Source: Cyanophora paradoxa CCMP329 (Eukaryota > Plantae > Glaucophyta). Taken from it: a DNA stretch of 64,000 bases. This document shows, in pieces, positions 45,578 through 58,186 of the stretch. Position numbers and translations under genes: made by a program. The stretch's first letter is position 1, and each line of letters begins with the position of its first letter. The stretch is from assembly GCA_004431415.1 (NCBI GenBank), contig QPMI01000429.1, positions 62,001 through 126,000 on the forward strand, read 5' to 3'. The notes beneath the pieces were generated by a model. The model ran no database searches. It was not told the origin of the DNA and was given only the letters and a program-made list of their open reading frames with translations.

Positions 45578-48500
45578 TTACGCGAGGAGCTTCTTGGCCT
45601 GGGCGATGACGTTCTCGGTGGTGAAGCCGAACTCCTGCATGAGCTTGTCGCCCGGAGCCGACGCGCCGAAGCCGTCGATGGAGACCATCGCGCCCTCGTC
45701 GCCGAAGTACTTGTGCCAGCCGAAGCTCGAGGCGGCCTCGACGGCGAGGCGCTTCTTGCAGTCCTTGGGGAAGACAGACGCCTTGTACTCAGCCGACTGG
45801 CGCTCGAAAAGCTCCCAGGACGGCATCGACACGACGCGCACGGTCTTGCCCTCCTTGCGGATCGCCTCCGCCGCGTTGACGCAGAGGTGCACCTCCGAGC
45901 CAGTGCCCATGAGGATCAGGTCGGGCTTGCCGTTGGTGCTGTTGTCCGACAGGACGTACGCGCCCTTGGCGGTGTTCGCGATCGAGGTGCCGACGAGGGT
46001 GGGGATCTTCTGGCGGGTGAGGATCATGAGCGAGGGAGTCTCGCGCTCCTCGACCGCCTGCGCCGCCGAGGTGAGCGATGGAACAGCAAGAGAGGGCGCA
46101 CGCGAATGCCCCACGTACCACCTTGTAGGCGCCGGAGACCTCGTTACCGTCGCACGGGCGGAACACGAAGGTGTTCGGGACGGCACGGTGGGCCGCGAGG
46201 TGCTACGCGGGGGAAGTTCAGGGAGCGCGTCGGGGACGACATGGCGGGCGGAGGGCGGACCTCAATAGGCTGGTGGGTGGGGCCGTCCTCGCCGGCGCCG
46301 ATCGAGTCGTGGGTGAGCACGTAGATGGTGCCGCACTTGGAGAGGGACGAGAGACGCATGGCGTTGCGCATGTAGTCGGAGAAGACGAGGAAGGTGGCGC
46401 AGTACGGGATGAGGCCAGACGCGTGCAGGTGCAGGCCGTTGGCGATCGCCGCCATGGCGAACTCGCGCACACCGAAGCGCAGGTTGCGGCCCTCGGGCGA
46501 GGTCTTCTGGAAGTCGGCTGCGGGCGCGCGCGTGAGGGGCCGCCCTCCGGTTGCGAGAGGGTGCGCGCGAGGGAGTCCGCCCGCACCGTACTTCTTGAGG
46601 AGGGTCATGTTCGACGAGGCGAGGTCAGCCGAGCCACCGAGGAAGGTGGGGACGGCGTCGGCGATCGCGTTGAGGGTGTTGCCGGACAGGATGCGGGTGG
46701 CATCGCCAGCGTCCTGCGGGGGCAAGAAATGAGAAGAAGATAGGGGAGAGGGATGGCTGGAGATCGCGCACGGTCGCGGGGTCGTAGACCGGCAGGCACT
46801 TCTCCCAGTTCGCCGGGAGCTCCTTCTTCATGACGTACTTCTCGAAGTCGGCGGCCTCCTGGGGGTACTTCGCCTTGTACTCTGCGCCCGTTGGTCAGCG
46901 ACGCTTCGGGGGAGACAATAGGGACCGCCGCGGTCGCCGCCGCACGTACCGGCGAACTTCTTGTTCCACTCGTCCTCGGCGGACTTGCCCTTGGGGATGG
47001 CCTCGCGCCACTTGTTCATGGCCTCCTCCGGGATCTCGAAAGGAGCGTAGGGCCAGTTGAGGTTCTGGCGGGTCGCGTCCACCTCCTTGTCGCCGAGGGC
47101 AGCACCGTGCACAGCGTACGAGTTGGCCTTGTTGGGCGAGCCGTAGCCGATGGTGGTGCGGATCTGAAAAGAACGTCAGCGCGCTGTTGCGCGCGAACAC
47201 AGGCTACTAGAGCTCACGGTGACGAGCGAGGGCTTGTCGGTGACGGCCTTGGCCTCAGCGATCGCCTTGCGGATCGCGTTGATGTCGGTGTTGCCGTCCT
47301 CGACGACCTAGTGCGCGAACGTGGTCAGTGCTGCGCGCTAGCCACGGAGGGCGGGATGCGACGCACGACGGTGTGCCAGCCGTACGACTGGTAGCGCTTG
47401 GTCACATCCTCGGTGAAGGAGATGTCGGTGTTGCCGTCGATCGAGATCTCGTTGTCGTCGTACAGGGCAATGAGCTTGCCGAGGCCGTAGTGGCCGGCGA
47501 GGGACGCAGCCTCAGCGGCGACACCTGCGGCGATTCTTAGCTGCGGATTCCCGAACCACGCGGGCTCGCGCACCCTCCATGTTGCAGCCGTCACCCATGA
47601 TGACGTAGGTGTAGTGGTCGATGAGCTTGCAGTCCGGCTTGTTGAAGCGGGCGGCAAGGTGGGCCTGAAACGCGAGGAGTGCAACAGTCAGATCGGTTTG
47701 CGCGCAGACCGAGGAAGAGAGATGTGGCCCGCGTATGGCTTCGCTCACCTCACCCATCGCCAGACCGACGGCCTGGGCAATGCCCTGGCCGAGCGGGCCG
47801 GTGGTGACCTCAATGCCCTTGGTCACGAAGTTCTCGGGGTGGCCGGGGCACTCCGACTCCCACTGGCGGAAAGTCTTAATGTCCTCAATGCCGACGCTGT
47901 CGTAGCCTGCGATCGCAGATCGTAAGTTTCGCAGGCCGATTCGAGCTAGCCGATTCGGGCTAGACGGCCAAGGTGGGGAGCCTAGCGGTTTCCTGCTTAT
48001 TCGAACGAACGAAAATGCTAAATAAAGCGATTAAAACCCGCGAAGAAGATGCCCCGCCGCCCCCCCCCCGGGCCCGCGCGCACCGGTGAGGTACAGGAGG
48101 GCGTACTGGAGCATGCACCCGTGGCCGGCCGACAGGACGAAGCGATCGCGGTCGATCCAGTCCGGGTTCTTCGGGTTGAACTTCATGAACTCGTTGAAGA
48201 GGACGTACGACATGGGGGCGCAGCCCATGGGAAGGCCGGGGTGGCCGGACTTCGCCTTCTCGATGGCATCGATAGCGAGGAAACGGATCGAGTTGATGCA
48301 CTTGTCATCGACCGGGGTCATAGCGGCGGTCGCCTGGTTGTTGATGACAAAGCCGGTCGAGGCCGCGACCTTCGACTGGCGGAGCGCCGCATTCGCGTCC
48401 GACTTCTTCGAGAACACAGACTCGGCACGGCGGAGGCCGTTGAACTGCCGGAACTGGGCCGCCTGGCTGGGGGTGTTGAGGAAGGACCGTGCACGGGTGT

Positions 48501-48729
48501 CGATGGCGAAGTTCTGCGCGCGGCTGTGGATCTTCGGGGCGTGCTCACGGCTGATCACGACCTGCGAAGAGGCCACGATCTGGGCCGACGACGACGAGCC
48601 TGCGCCCCCGGAATCGGTTGTCGGATATTTGTGCGCGCAAGTCGGATCGCTAGCGGCTGGGCGAGCCGTCGAAACGTTTTCTAGCATCGAACACGCACCC
48701 GAGGGCACAGGGACAACGAACGCCGACAT
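45578..48729 (-). CDS. TKL: Plastid (cyanelle)-targeted transketolase
   Basis: [16 protein letters not shown]; [12 protein letters not shown]; TTGPLGQG; GDGCNMEG; GGSADLA; FGVREFAM; [16 protein letters not shown]; GTGSEV; FGASAPG; transit peptide MSAFVVP... Confidence 0.97.
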
Positions 48730-48822
48730 TTTGCGCGGAACTGGGCCGACGACACGCCGATCCCGAACTAGCGAACTGGGGTACGGCGTTGGGTGATCGT
48801 GACCGTACCCGGGAATCGGCCA

Positions 48823-48907
48823 GTTCGCAACGCTCCGGCCTTTCGGGTCGTTCTGGAGTCTCGGCCGTCTTCGCGGGCGTTCGCGAAGCTTCGCCCGCCC
48901 ATATAAG
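48823..48907 (+). promoter_or_regulatory. Heat-shock elements + TATA box of sHSP copy B
   Basis: gTTCgcGAAgcTTCg at 48879-48893; ATATAAG at 48901. Confidence 0.8.
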
Positions 48908-49008
48908 ATGCCAGCCGCCGCGGTCGCGATGCATTCTCAATTCGAGTGTTGCAAGCAGCGATCCCCTCGCGTACAGCGACCACGAAGCGCACCCGGCAGC
49001 CCGTCGAC

Positions 49009-50242
49009 ATGGCGTTCTACTACAGCTACGAGCCCGTCTATGAGCCCGTCTTCACTGCTCCGATCTACGCCCCCGCCAGCGACTTCGGGCAGGTGCGCTA
49101 GCGCTGCAGCGTTGCGCGTCAGTACGCCTCCTCCCTCCGCTGACCCGGCCGTGCGCCGCGCAGCTCCGACGGGACGTGGACATGATCTTCGACTCGGTGC
49201 TGCGGCCCGACAACTTGCTCCTCCTCCGCGACCCGTGCGCACGCTCTCGAATGTTCCGCCTCGCCCGGCGGCCGCCGCTCATGATCACGCCGCCCGCGCG
49301 CAGGCTCCTTGAAACGCGGGGCCTTTGGTCGCGGCTGAATTCGCTCCTGGACTCGTACGATGACGACGAGATGGTCTCCGTGTCAAAGCGGCCGCGGCAG
49401 TCGATGCGCGTGGAGGCCGCGCCGCGCTCGCACCGGCGCCCCGCCGCACGTGCCGCCGCCGTTGGCGAGCAGGCTCAGCGCGCCGTCCAGGCGGCGCCCG
49501 CCTCCCCGGCCCAGCCGCAGTCTCCGGCCCGCCGCAGGCCAGCGCCCAGCCGGAGGCCCAGCAGCAGGCGGCCGCCGCCGCTCAGGAGGTGCAGCAGGCG
49601 CAGCCGCAGCCGCAGCCGCAGCACGCCCGGCGGGAGTCGCGCGGCGAGGCCGGCCCGCTGGCGACCTCGCGCCTGTGGCGGGCGGCGATGCTGGAGCCGC
49701 GCGTGGACGTGCTGGAGAACACTGGCGCGTTCGTCGTGCGCGCAGAAGTGCCCGGCATCGCGCCCGAAGACATCAAGCTCGAGGTGCGCCCCGCTCCCCC
49801 GGAGTCCCGCTCTCCCCGCGAGACGTCCTCTGACGGCGCCGGGCGCAGGCGGCGGGCAACGTGCTCACGCTGTCGGGCGAGCTGCACCGCGAGGAGTCGA
49901 GCGGCGAGCGCGAGCGCGTGCACCGCCAGGAGCGCGTCTTCGGATGCTTCTCGCGCCAGTTCCGGTGCGCCTCTCTCGCGGTTTGCGGAGCGCCTTCGCG
50001 GCCGCTGACCCGTCTCGCGCAGGTTCCCCGGGCTGCAGTCGGTGAGCCCGCAGGAGATCAGCGCGGAGTTCGAGAACGGCGTGCTCACGATCAAGGTGCC
50101 GAAGCCCAAGTCGGAGGTGCCGGTCGCCATCCCCGTCCGCATCGCCGGCGGCGCGGCGGCGGAGAAGGCGCCGGTGGCGGCCGTCGCGGCGGCGCCTGCG
50201 CCGGCGCCGGTGGAGGCCGCGCCCGCGAGCCAGGCGGCTTAA
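49009..50242 (+). CDS. HSP20: Small heat-shock protein, copy B (apparent 1-nt deletion near 49530)
   Basis: Same exon structure as copy A; SAEFENGVLTIKVPK. One C is missing from the CCCC run, shifting the frame (assembly error or pseudogenisation). Confidence 0.85.
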
Positions 50243-50626
50243 TTTAATAACGTGGCAGAGGTAGCAATCTGTCGTTCTTTTCCCTATCATTGGAAACCTT
50301 AGCCTCGTGGCGCGATTAATGTTTCGATTTCAGCTTTGGAAATTCAAATGTACACATAGCGCTAGCTATAGCTTTCGTTGAGTTGAATGTAGAAGATCCT
50401 TGTAGAAGAGCCCTCAGCCATGGATAGCTATAGTTCGATGTCGTCGTCAAGAATGTTGACGTCGGTGTTAGAACGCAGTGCTGCTTTCACTGGTGACACT
50501 TGCAATTGAAGCAAAATTGAAACATAGCAACCAATACCATACGATACTAGAACAACGTGTTAATACTACAGCGCTACTGTCTTTGAGAGCAGCACGCCGA
50601 GGCGGGGCGCGGTCCTGTTCGCCAGT

Positions 50627-52730
50627 CTAGCTGGGAGGGATCGCCGGGGGGAGGGGCACCGGGAAGAGGGAAAGGCGGACCGAGGGGCGGGGCGCCTGGG
50701 GCAGCGTGGGCGCCAGGGCGGGGCTCGCAGGGCTCGGGAGGGGCCGGATGTGGAGGGGGCGATAGACGGGCGGGGCGCGCGCCGGCGAGAAGGTGGCGGG
50801 GAGGGAGGCGGCGGGGGCGGGCGGCCCCTGCCCCGGGCCGGGCTCAGGCGGGGCTACGAGGCGGGAGGAGGGGAAGTTGGGCGAGCTCTTGCTCCGCACG
50901 TGGCCAGTGGCCTGTGGCTTGGGGCGCCCCGGGGGAAGCACGGCGGGGAACACGGCGCCAGCCGCCGCCACGGGGTGCATAGAGCCGGCGCGGGGCCGGG
51001 GCGGGCCGCCGGGGGCCGGCGGGCCGGCGGGCCAGACGCGGGCGGAGAGCTGGCGCGGGAGAGGGGCGCGACGGGCCCAGCAGCTGGTCCAGCGCCCGCA
51101 GGGAGACGGCCGGCGGCGTGCGCGGCGGCCGCGGCGCTGGCCGCTCCTCCCCCGCCGGGCGCGGCCCCGAGAACGGGGCGGGGTACGTAGCATTCAGGGA
51201 CGTGCCCGGGGCGGCCGGCTGGCGCGAGGCGGGGCGGATCGAGGCGACGTATGCCGCGAAGGGGCTCGGGGCGCGGGGGCGCCGGGGGCGGCCCCGCGGC
51301 ATGCCCGGCCGGGGCGGGGCGTCCCGCTCGTCGCCGGGGCGGGGCGGTGCGCGGGGAGAAGGGCGGCGTGCGGGGCCAGTCCCGGAAGTCGGGGCCGGCG
51401 CCGCGGGCGCTGCGGGCGGGGAGCGGGAGACGGCGCGCGAGGGGCCGAGGAGGCGCTGCGGGAGGCGGCCGGCGAGGGCGAGCTCGAGCGCAGCGGCGGC
51501 GGCGCCAGCAGCGCGGCCCCGCCCGCTTCGCCCTCCGGCGCCGCCCCGCCGGCGCCGGGGGCGGTCCCTGGGGCGAGCTCTTGCGGGCCGGCGCGCGCTC
51601 TGGGCGGGGCCTCCTCCTCGTCGGACCCCGAGGCGGAGGAGCCTCCGCTCGCGTCCGAGAAGGGCGACGAGGTCCGCCGCTGTCGTCCGCCCCAGCTCAC
51701 CTGCGCCGCCCCCGCCGCCGGCCTCTGCTTCGCCTCCCACCGCTCCCCCGTGCTCTCCGCCTCAGAAACCGCGCCGGCGGGCGGGTCGGGCGGCGGCGGC
51801 GGCGGTTCGAGCGGCGGGCGCCTGCTGGCCTCCCATATCGGATCGGGCGGGTCGGGCGGCGGCGCCGGATCCCGCGGCGGCGGCGGATTCTCGCGCTCCC
51901 ATCGCGCACGCTCTAGCGCTGCCACCGCCACGAGATCTTTGACGCCGTCGGACAGCTCGCTGGGGCGCTCTAGGCCGGGATCTGCGGTGAGTGAGGACGG
52001 ACGCGCGCGGGAATCAAAGCGGCACACATACCAGCCGCATCCTCATTCCAAGCGCACACCAGACTCTGCTCGCGCACCACGGTCAGAACGGGTGGATTGG
52101 TGGTGGGCATCGATCTATGCAAGCTAGTGGCCGGCCGGCGCTCACCCTGTCCGATGAATCCTGCTCATCCGCGTCGGTTCTTGCAGGGGTTCTCCTTGGC
52201 CGCTCCGCTGGCACGCGGGCTGGAGCCGGACGCTCGGATCTGGAGGCTGCAGCTGCTTGCCGCGTCCGGGGTGTCTCGGCCTCCGCTGGCTTGTCCGCCG
52301 GGGATGGCTGAGCGAGGGTTTCAATTGCCGACCAGAAGGCAGAGCGTAGCTGGGCCCTCGCCGTGGCGAGGGCCACCTCCTCCATGCCCGACGCCGGCGC
52401 AAGCCAGCTAGCTGCAGCTGGGTCGGGGCCGCCGCGCTCTCACCGAGTCGTGACACTAGATCTGGTCCGGTACCCCGCCTGTGGACTTGAACGAGCGATA
52501 TCCGAGCATCGGATGATCGATGGAGCGCTAGCTCACGTGCACACGCTTGAAAACGTTCCGAACAACATGATGAACATCTGCGCATCATGGCATGCGTGGG
52601 CCGCGCCGCAAAGTGCACGGCGCCCGGCGCGCGGCCTAGGCCTACTCGGCGAGCTCGAGTCGCTAGCGCCGCACACTCGCCATCCATGCATATGCATCAT
52701 CACGGCATGGCGGATTCGGAGCGCCCATTA
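50627..52730 (-). CDS. Hypothetical Pro/Ser/Ala-rich protein (multi-exon; 5' end uncertain)
   Basis: Plausible coding segments MEEVALATARAQLRSAFWSAIETL, DLVAVAALERARWERE and HVRSKSSPNF; intron-like GT/AG signals; no recognisable domain. Confidence 0.45.
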
Positions 52731-53001
52731 TTCATCAGAGAGGCTAGCTATAGCTAAAGCTAGCTTCATGCTACAGCTCGCTCAGCGGCTTGCACTGTTC
52801 GAATCGCGAATTCGAATTCCAGGGGGAATATCAATCTCTGATTCAGCCGGCGCCTGAAAAGCCTTGAAGCCTACGAAGCGAAAAGGGCATCGGCCCAGCG
52901 GGAGGAATCCAAGCAGGGGCTGCCGCAGCGGCTTAGAGCTTGTGAGCTGGCGGCGGCTGGGGCGCGGGGGCCGGGGCGCGACCCGGCGGGCGTGTGCTCA
53001 G

Positions 53002-55211
53002 CTAGGGCGTTTTTGGTGGGCGGCGAGGGCGCGGGCGCAGAGCTCGACGGAGCGGGCGGCCTCGCGGGCGTAGCGGGAGCCCGGGAGGACGACGTCGAGC
53101 AGCTCCCGCGCCCGCCGGAAGTTCGTCAGCGCCACCGCCCGGTTCCCGCACGACGAGAGCGCCTCCCCCAGCATCGAGTGCTGCCGCCCCGCCCGCCCGC
53201 TCGAGAGGGGTACGGGGGGAGGGGGAGGGGGTACGGGCTGGCACCAGGAGGGCGAGGTCGAGGTCGGCGGAGTCGGGGGGTAGAGTGGCGCCGAACTCGG
53301 AGACGAGGCGGAGGAGGAGGCCGGCGCAGGCGCGCAGGGCGGCGGGGGAGGAGCCGGCGGCGGCCCGCGCGGCGCCGTACTCCTCCAGGCGCCCCGCGAC
53401 GGCCTCGAGGGCGGCGCCGAGCTCGCCGCCGCGGCACGCCTCGCACGCGCACACGAAGCCCAGGCCCCGCCGCAGCGCCCCTGCCGCTCCTCCCTGCGCC
53501 CCGCCCGCCTCGCCTCAGCGCCGGGCGGCGCGGGCCGGGCGGGGCCGGGAGGGGGTGTGTGGGGAGGGGAGGAAAGGAGAGGAGGAGGGGGGGGAGGGGG
53601 GGGGGGGAGAAGGCCCGCGCCTCCGGCGGATGCCGGCCCGGTAGTCCGTCATGTACGCCGTCGTGATCTCCTCCCCTGCCGGCCGGCTTCGAGGGGCGCG
53701 AGCTGGAATCCCGCGGGGACCGGGCCGGGCCGGGCGCACCGGCGGCGATGTGGCGCATGGCGCGGCAGACGTAGGCGCGGCCCTACGCCGGCATCACGCG
53801 GGCGGGGGCGGGCGGGGGCGGGGCGGGGCGGGGCGGGCGGGGCGGGGGCGCGCGTCGAAGAGGGCGAGGCAGGAGGGCGCGCAGCTGTGGTTGATCAGCA
53901 CGCCCAGCGGGTGGATCCTGCGCCCCGCACCGCCTCGGCGGCCGCGGCGTGCGGGCGGGGCGGGGCGGGGCGGGCGGACGCGTAGCCGAGGCGCTCGTTG
54001 AAGTCGTCGGCGCGGGCGACGGCGTACGCGTTGAGCCGCAGCCGCGCGAAGTGCGCGGCGAGGGCCCCCGGGAGAGGGCGCGGGCCCCGCCGCCGCCTCC
54101 GCCGCCAGGTCCACGCCGAGCCGGCGGTAGTCGGCCTCCACCGCCGCGCGTTCTCCGCGTCCTAAGCGGCGCACATCGGCTTCCGCGGAGGGGCGGGGCG
54201 GCGGGGCGGGGCGGGGCGGGCCTGGGCGGCCTCCTCGGGGTGGGCTCGGCGGAGGCCGGCATCAGCCGCAGGAAGTCCTCGTAGCTGCCCCGCCCCCGCC
54301 TTAGGCCGCCGCCGCCCGGCGGTCGCGGCGGGGCGGGGCGGGGCGGGACGCGCCTGCAGCCGGGCTGCGGGGCGCCGACGCGGCGCGCCCCGCGGGCGAT
54401 GGCGACGATGCGCCTCACGAGGCGCACGGCCGCCGGGGCGGGCGGGGCGGGCGGCAGGCGGCACTCGGCCGCCCCGTGCTCCGGCAGGTCGGCCTCCTGC
54501 CGGCAGCGCGGGCGGGCCTCGGCGGGCGGCCGCGGCGGGCGGCGCGCGGGCGGGGCCTCACCAGGCAGGCCGGGGAGCAGTACCATGCGCGGGAGCAGGC
54601 GGGGCAGGCGAGCGCCGCGCGGGGGCCCTCGAGCGGCCGCAGGCAGGCGTGGCACGCCTCCGCCGCGCGCTCGCCGTCCACCACCGCCGCCAGCGCCTCG
54701 CTCCGCAGCACCTCCTCCCCTGCCGCCCCGCACCTCACCAGCCGCCGTGCCGCGCCGCCGCGCCTCGCTCGGGGCGCGCGCCGCCCACCTGGCTTGAAGC
54801 CCCTCAGGGCGAAAACGTGCCGCCCGAAGCTCCCTGCGCGCAAGCCTCAGCACGGCGGCGCGCTGTTCGGAGTGGCTGCTCCCACCGTGTCGCAGCTCCA
54901 GCCCGAATTCGCACAGGTGCGCCTGAACGCCGGGGTCGATCGCGCCGACCGCCGTCGACGCGCCCGCCGGCGGCCCGGCGCTCGGCGCGCTCGACGCGCT
55001 CTCCGATCTTTTGCGCGCCAGCCAATGGTCACTTCGCTGCGGTGCGCGGCTCTGATCTGCGACGCACCGCGTGTCTGCCGCTCGGTCCGCGGGGGCGCTA
55101 GGCTCCACATGGCTACGCAGGAAGTTCAAAGGCGGTCTCGCGCAATGTTCGGTGCGGCCCGCACCGCGCGCCACCGCCACCGCCACCGCCGCTCAGGAAG
55201 CCCCGCCTCAT
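53002..55211 (-). CDS. SMYD-type SET and MYND domain protein lysine methyltransferase
   Basis: FGRHVFALRGFKP|GEEVL; CHAC...CPAC...YCSPAC...H...EC (MYND); LRLNAY; LINHSCAPS; GEEITTAY; GFVCACEAC (post-SET); TPR-like tail. Confidence 0.88.
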
Positions 55212-55985
55212 CCCCCAAGTGCGCTGACGAAATCGATAGCAATCGCGTACGCTTGGTTCGGCGGCGCTCTAGCTAGCTGTCGATATCGCCGAATCGCGTG
55301 TAAGTACGAGCAGCATTCCAACAAGCTGTTACATATGCATGTACCCCACGAAGTGGGGGGTACCTGTCATTCTCATGTGTTCGCCAGCGCTGGATCCGCT
55401 CAGCGACCGTCGGACTCGCTAAGAGCGAGGCTCCACGAGCACGGCTCCAGCAGCTGCAGGCCCCCCGGCCCATGGCCACAAGGCGATGTCACAGCTGCAG
55501 CTGCAGTGCAGCTTTGGCGCTTGCAAAGCGATGTCACCCTGCCTCGAGCTCGGCCGCGGGGCGTCAGCATGATTCTGGGGTCGGCTCGTCTTGATGGCAC
55601 GGCCGCGGTCTAAGTGTGACTCCTGAGAGCGCGCGCGGATGTCGGCGTCGGGCTTGCGATTGAGACCGACGAGCGATGCGCATGCCCGCGCTGATCATGA
55701 TCATCAGCTCCCCCTCAAGTCTAAAGCCAGCATGGTGCGCGTTTCCAACGGCCGCGGTTCCGGACAGAGTGATCATGATCGGAGTCGAAGTCGATCGGCG
55801 GGCGTATAGATCTCTCCTCCCGCGGCCGGGACCACGACTTGGAGCCTCGGAGAGCCTAGGCCTCGGAGGGAGTTTAGGGGGGATGGGCCTAGCGCCAAGG
55901 CGCTGCAGATTTTATCTCCCCATGGCCAGTTAATTTTTTCTGAGCCGCTGCGGCACAGGTGCACGTGGCGCCGCGTCGCTGGAGC

Positions 55986-57522
55986 ATGGCGGGACCGACT
56001 TCCCTCGCGCCGTCGACGCCCTCGACGTCGGGGGTGCCGTCGCCCTCCGGGAGAAGCCCGCAGCGGGGCCCGGGGGCGTCGCGCGCGGCGGCGGCCCGCG
56101 GCCTCCCGCCCCGCTCGGCCTCCTTCGAGCTGCCGAGCGCCCTCGAGGCGCCGGCCGGGGGCGATCGCGACCCCCCGCCAGCTGCAGCCCACGCCCCGGC
56201 GCGCTTCCCTGCGGCCCCTCCCGGGCCCCCGCCCCGCGCCGCCGCCGGCGCCGTGGCCGACGGCGCCGGCATCCGCCCTCCTCACCATCGTGATCCCGGG
56301 GAGGATCTGGAGGGTCCCGGGCCCCCGCCGGCCCTCGACCTCCCTCCTCGCGCGGCCCCCGAGGGCCGCGGCGACCCCCGCGCCGGCGCCGCCCACGGCC
56401 ACCTCCGCACGAGCGCCAGCGGCGCAGTTCCCGGGCCCCGCTCGCCGACCGGCCGCGCCGCCTCTCCTACGAGCTGCGGGGGCGGCCGGCGGGGGCCCTC
56501 CCCTCGCTCGCCGCCTCGCCCCTCGTCTCGCCCGTGTTCCGCAGGGCGCCCCCCCTCCTCCTCAGCTGGTCGCCCCTCGCGAGCCCCGGCCCGAGCCTGC
56601 GCGGCGCCTCCCCACCGACCCGGAGGGCGGCGCCGGTAGCCCAGGGCCCCGGCCCCGCCTCGCGAGCGAGCCGGCCTCGCCCGTCGCCGCGGGCCGGCGC
56701 GTGCACGCGCCGCACTCGACCCCGCTTCTCCCCTCCGCCGGCTTCGCCGCCACGGCGGCCGCGGCGGCCGCGGGGTCGCACAGGCGGGCCAGCGGGCCGG
56801 AGCTCTCCGCCGCCTCGCGGCCGGCGGAGGCCCCCGACGAGGCGGGGCGGCCCGGGGCCGACCCGGGGCTCTTCGCGATCGGGGCCCTGGGCTTCCTCCC
56901 GCCCTCGCCGTCCCCGCGCCGCCCCCGCCCCGCCGAGGGCCCCTCCGGCGCGCCCCGCCCGCGAGCTGCGGCGCGCTCGAGGCGCGCCGCGAGCGCCGCG
57001 GGGGGCCGCCCTCGACCCCCTCGCCGCCCTCGAGGCCGCCGCCGCCGCGCTGCAGCGCCTGCGGGCGGCCCGCGAGGAGGCCGCGGAGAGGAGGACGGGG
57101 GCGAGCTCGAGGATGGCTGGTCGGCGTGCAGCACGGCGCGCTCGAGCTCCCGGGACGGCCCGACACCGGCCCGCCCGACTGGGCCGACGCGGCCCTCGCC
57201 GAGCGCGCCTGCGGCGCCGGGGCGGCGGCCCGCGCTAGCGCTGCTCCGCCCTCTCCTTCCGCTCCCTCGCCGCCCTCCGCGCCCCCGCCCGCCCGCCCTC
57301 CCGGACTCCTTTCCCACGCCGCCGCCGGAGAGCCCGCCGCCACCGGCGCGGGCCGCCCCCGCAGAGAGCGCCTCGTGCATCCTCGCCGCCCTCCGCGGCA
57401 TGTCCGGCCGGCACCCCCGCCCCTTCGGCCCCCCCTCCGCCCCTGCACCTGCCGCCGCGACCCCGTGGGAGTGGCTACACCCGAGCCCCGGGGCCGGCCC
57501 CGGCGCCGACCCGTCGCCGTAG
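55986..57522 (+). CDS. Hypothetical low-complexity Pro/Ala/Ser-rich protein
   Basis: Continuous GC-rich coding-like block (RSASFELPSALE; ESASCILAALRGM; TPWEWLHP-stop) between AT-richer spacers; frame switches. Confidence 0.4.
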
Positions 57523-58186
57523 GCCGACGACGTGTGCGTGTCCCGGGTCCTGCGCGCAGCTGCAGCTGCCGCCGCCATTCCACCGCGCTCGTGATCGGCC
57601 CCAGAATTAGCTATGTATAATCAGCTGCAGTTTCTAATTGTAATTAGGTATCTGCATTTATCAAAGTACGTATTCGAATAGTACGGTACTCCGCATACTA
57701 TGATACTTCGCTTCGAATTTTTGCAGTCAGCACATGCCATGATGCATTTGCAGGAGTAGAATGTCGGTCATGATCATGATATCGATCAGTAGATGATACG
57801 TATTTCAATAGTACACATGTACATAACATAGTATTTCATGCGTATATACATGAACAGGGTCAGTATTTTATGATCCAATTTGTAACAATCATTGAATGTT
57901 TTAACAAATTTCGTGGCCACGGTGCCACGTGCACGATACGTCAAAGTTTATCCCGAAGTTCGTCACGAACTCGCAGCTGTGCACCACTGTGCGCATGCTT
58001 CGGAGTTCTCCCGCGCATCAATCTTTTAATCGTCCGGAGAGAATGGGAATGGGAATATTGGGGTGGGGGGGTGGGGGGGGGGGGGGGGGGGGCAGGATCG
58101 GGAAGGGATCTGGACTTGCTGGCCTGAGCCACTGAGCGTCGGCGTCCACGGGGGCGGCGCGCGGGGGCGGCGCCCGTGGGAGGCGG

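Larger units (their letters stand above)
48817..50242 (+). repeat. Direct duplicate of 33317-34745 (promoter + sHSP gene)
   Basis: Near-identical from CGGCCAGTTCGCAAC to the stop codon GCTTAA; offset 15500 bp; flanks beyond it diverge. Confidence 0.95.
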
